Shown one piece after another: positions 63,743-64,000 of a stretch of 64,000 bases of DNA. The notes under the pieces are model-generated. The model saw only the letters and a list, made by a program, of their open reading frames with translations. It did not search any database and was not told where the DNA came from. The position numbers were made by a program, and so were the translations under genes. This DNA comes from an uncultured Thermoleophilia bacterium (GTDB lineage: Bacteria > Actinomycetota > Thermoleophilia > UBA2241). Location of the stretch: contig CAVPQD010000028.1 in assembly GCA_963707335.1 (NCBI GenBank), forward strand, positions 11,993 through 75,992, given 5' to 3'. Every line of letters starts with the position of its first letter. The first letter of the stretch is position 1.

Positions 63743-63871
63743 GCTCCCCTCCAATCCGTGTATGGACGTGATAGTACAGCACCGGTTGTGGCCATTGAAC
63801 GAACGTCCACGGGCGCGAGGGCCGCGCCCCGAGGTGAGACGCGGCCCGTCCGTGGGAGTCTGTCGTGGTCG

Positions 63872-64000
63872 TCAGCGGCAGAACTCGCAGTGGCAGCCTC
63901 TGGCGTGGTACCAGGGGCCCGAGTCCTGCGGGGGATCGCCCTGCATCCTGCTCCACGCCGGGGGCTTTCCGGGGGCCATCGGCATGGTGTTCTGGTAGAA
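63872..64000 (-). CDS. 3' end of a gene that starts beyond the window (C-terminus ...GPWYHARGCHCEFCR*)
   Basis: The minus-strand frame is open from 64000 down to TGA at 63872-63874: FYQNTMPMAPGKPPAWSRMQGDPPQDSGPWYHARGCHCEFCR*. It is not in the track because the start lies outside the window. Identity unknown. Confidence 0.35.
   Translation of the reverse strand, partial: FYQNTMPMAPGKPPAWSRMQGDPPQDSGPWYHARGCHCEFCR

Overview
High-G+C (about 70% by eye) bacterial chromosome segment, almost entirely core housekeeping genes. Gene order and protein style look Actinomycetota-like, possibly a deep branch such as Thermoleophilia or Rubrobacteria; that taxon call is inference only. Bases 1-24.2 kb hold the 3' part of rpoC followed by an uninterrupted str/S10/spc/alpha ribosomal superoperon: rpsL-rpsG-fusA-tuf, rpsJ to rpsQ, rplN to rplO, secY-adk-map-infA-rpmJ-rpsM-rpsK-rpsD-rpoA-rplQ. 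Next come the ECF-transporter energizing module and truA. A variable stretch at 27.7-38.9 kb carries an LCP protein, a ROK kinase, a ferredoxin, an orphan DNA methyltransferase, GNATs, methyltransferases, and an Lrp-aminotransferase-ureohydrolase operon. After that is a block syntenic with actinobacterial chromosomes: metG-tatD-rsmA-ispE, tRNA-Gln, glmU-prs-rplY-pth, two PBP4-like genes, an M6 protease, then mfd-mazG-eno, a septation protein, DUF501 and ppx. I found no CRISPR array, transposase, integrase or recognisable defence system. Two observations stand out. (1) By manual reading there are about 40 reading-frame breaks plus one in-frame stop between 25.3 and 63.3 kb, and none in the first 25 kb. 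The flanking peptide sequence stays family-typical across each break, so I read them as consensus indel errors rather than biology. (2) A tRNA-Leu(GAG) gene with its own promoter-like element stops in the anticodon loop at about 62.77 kb. Lower-G+C DNA follows, carrying three minus-strand genes I cannot assign; this is the only clearly accessory or possibly mobile DNA, and it runs off the window. Lesser curiosities are low-complexity extensions on L4, S17 and S3, a four-Cys insertion in EF-Tu, and a tandem PBP4 pair led by a small secreted peptide gene.
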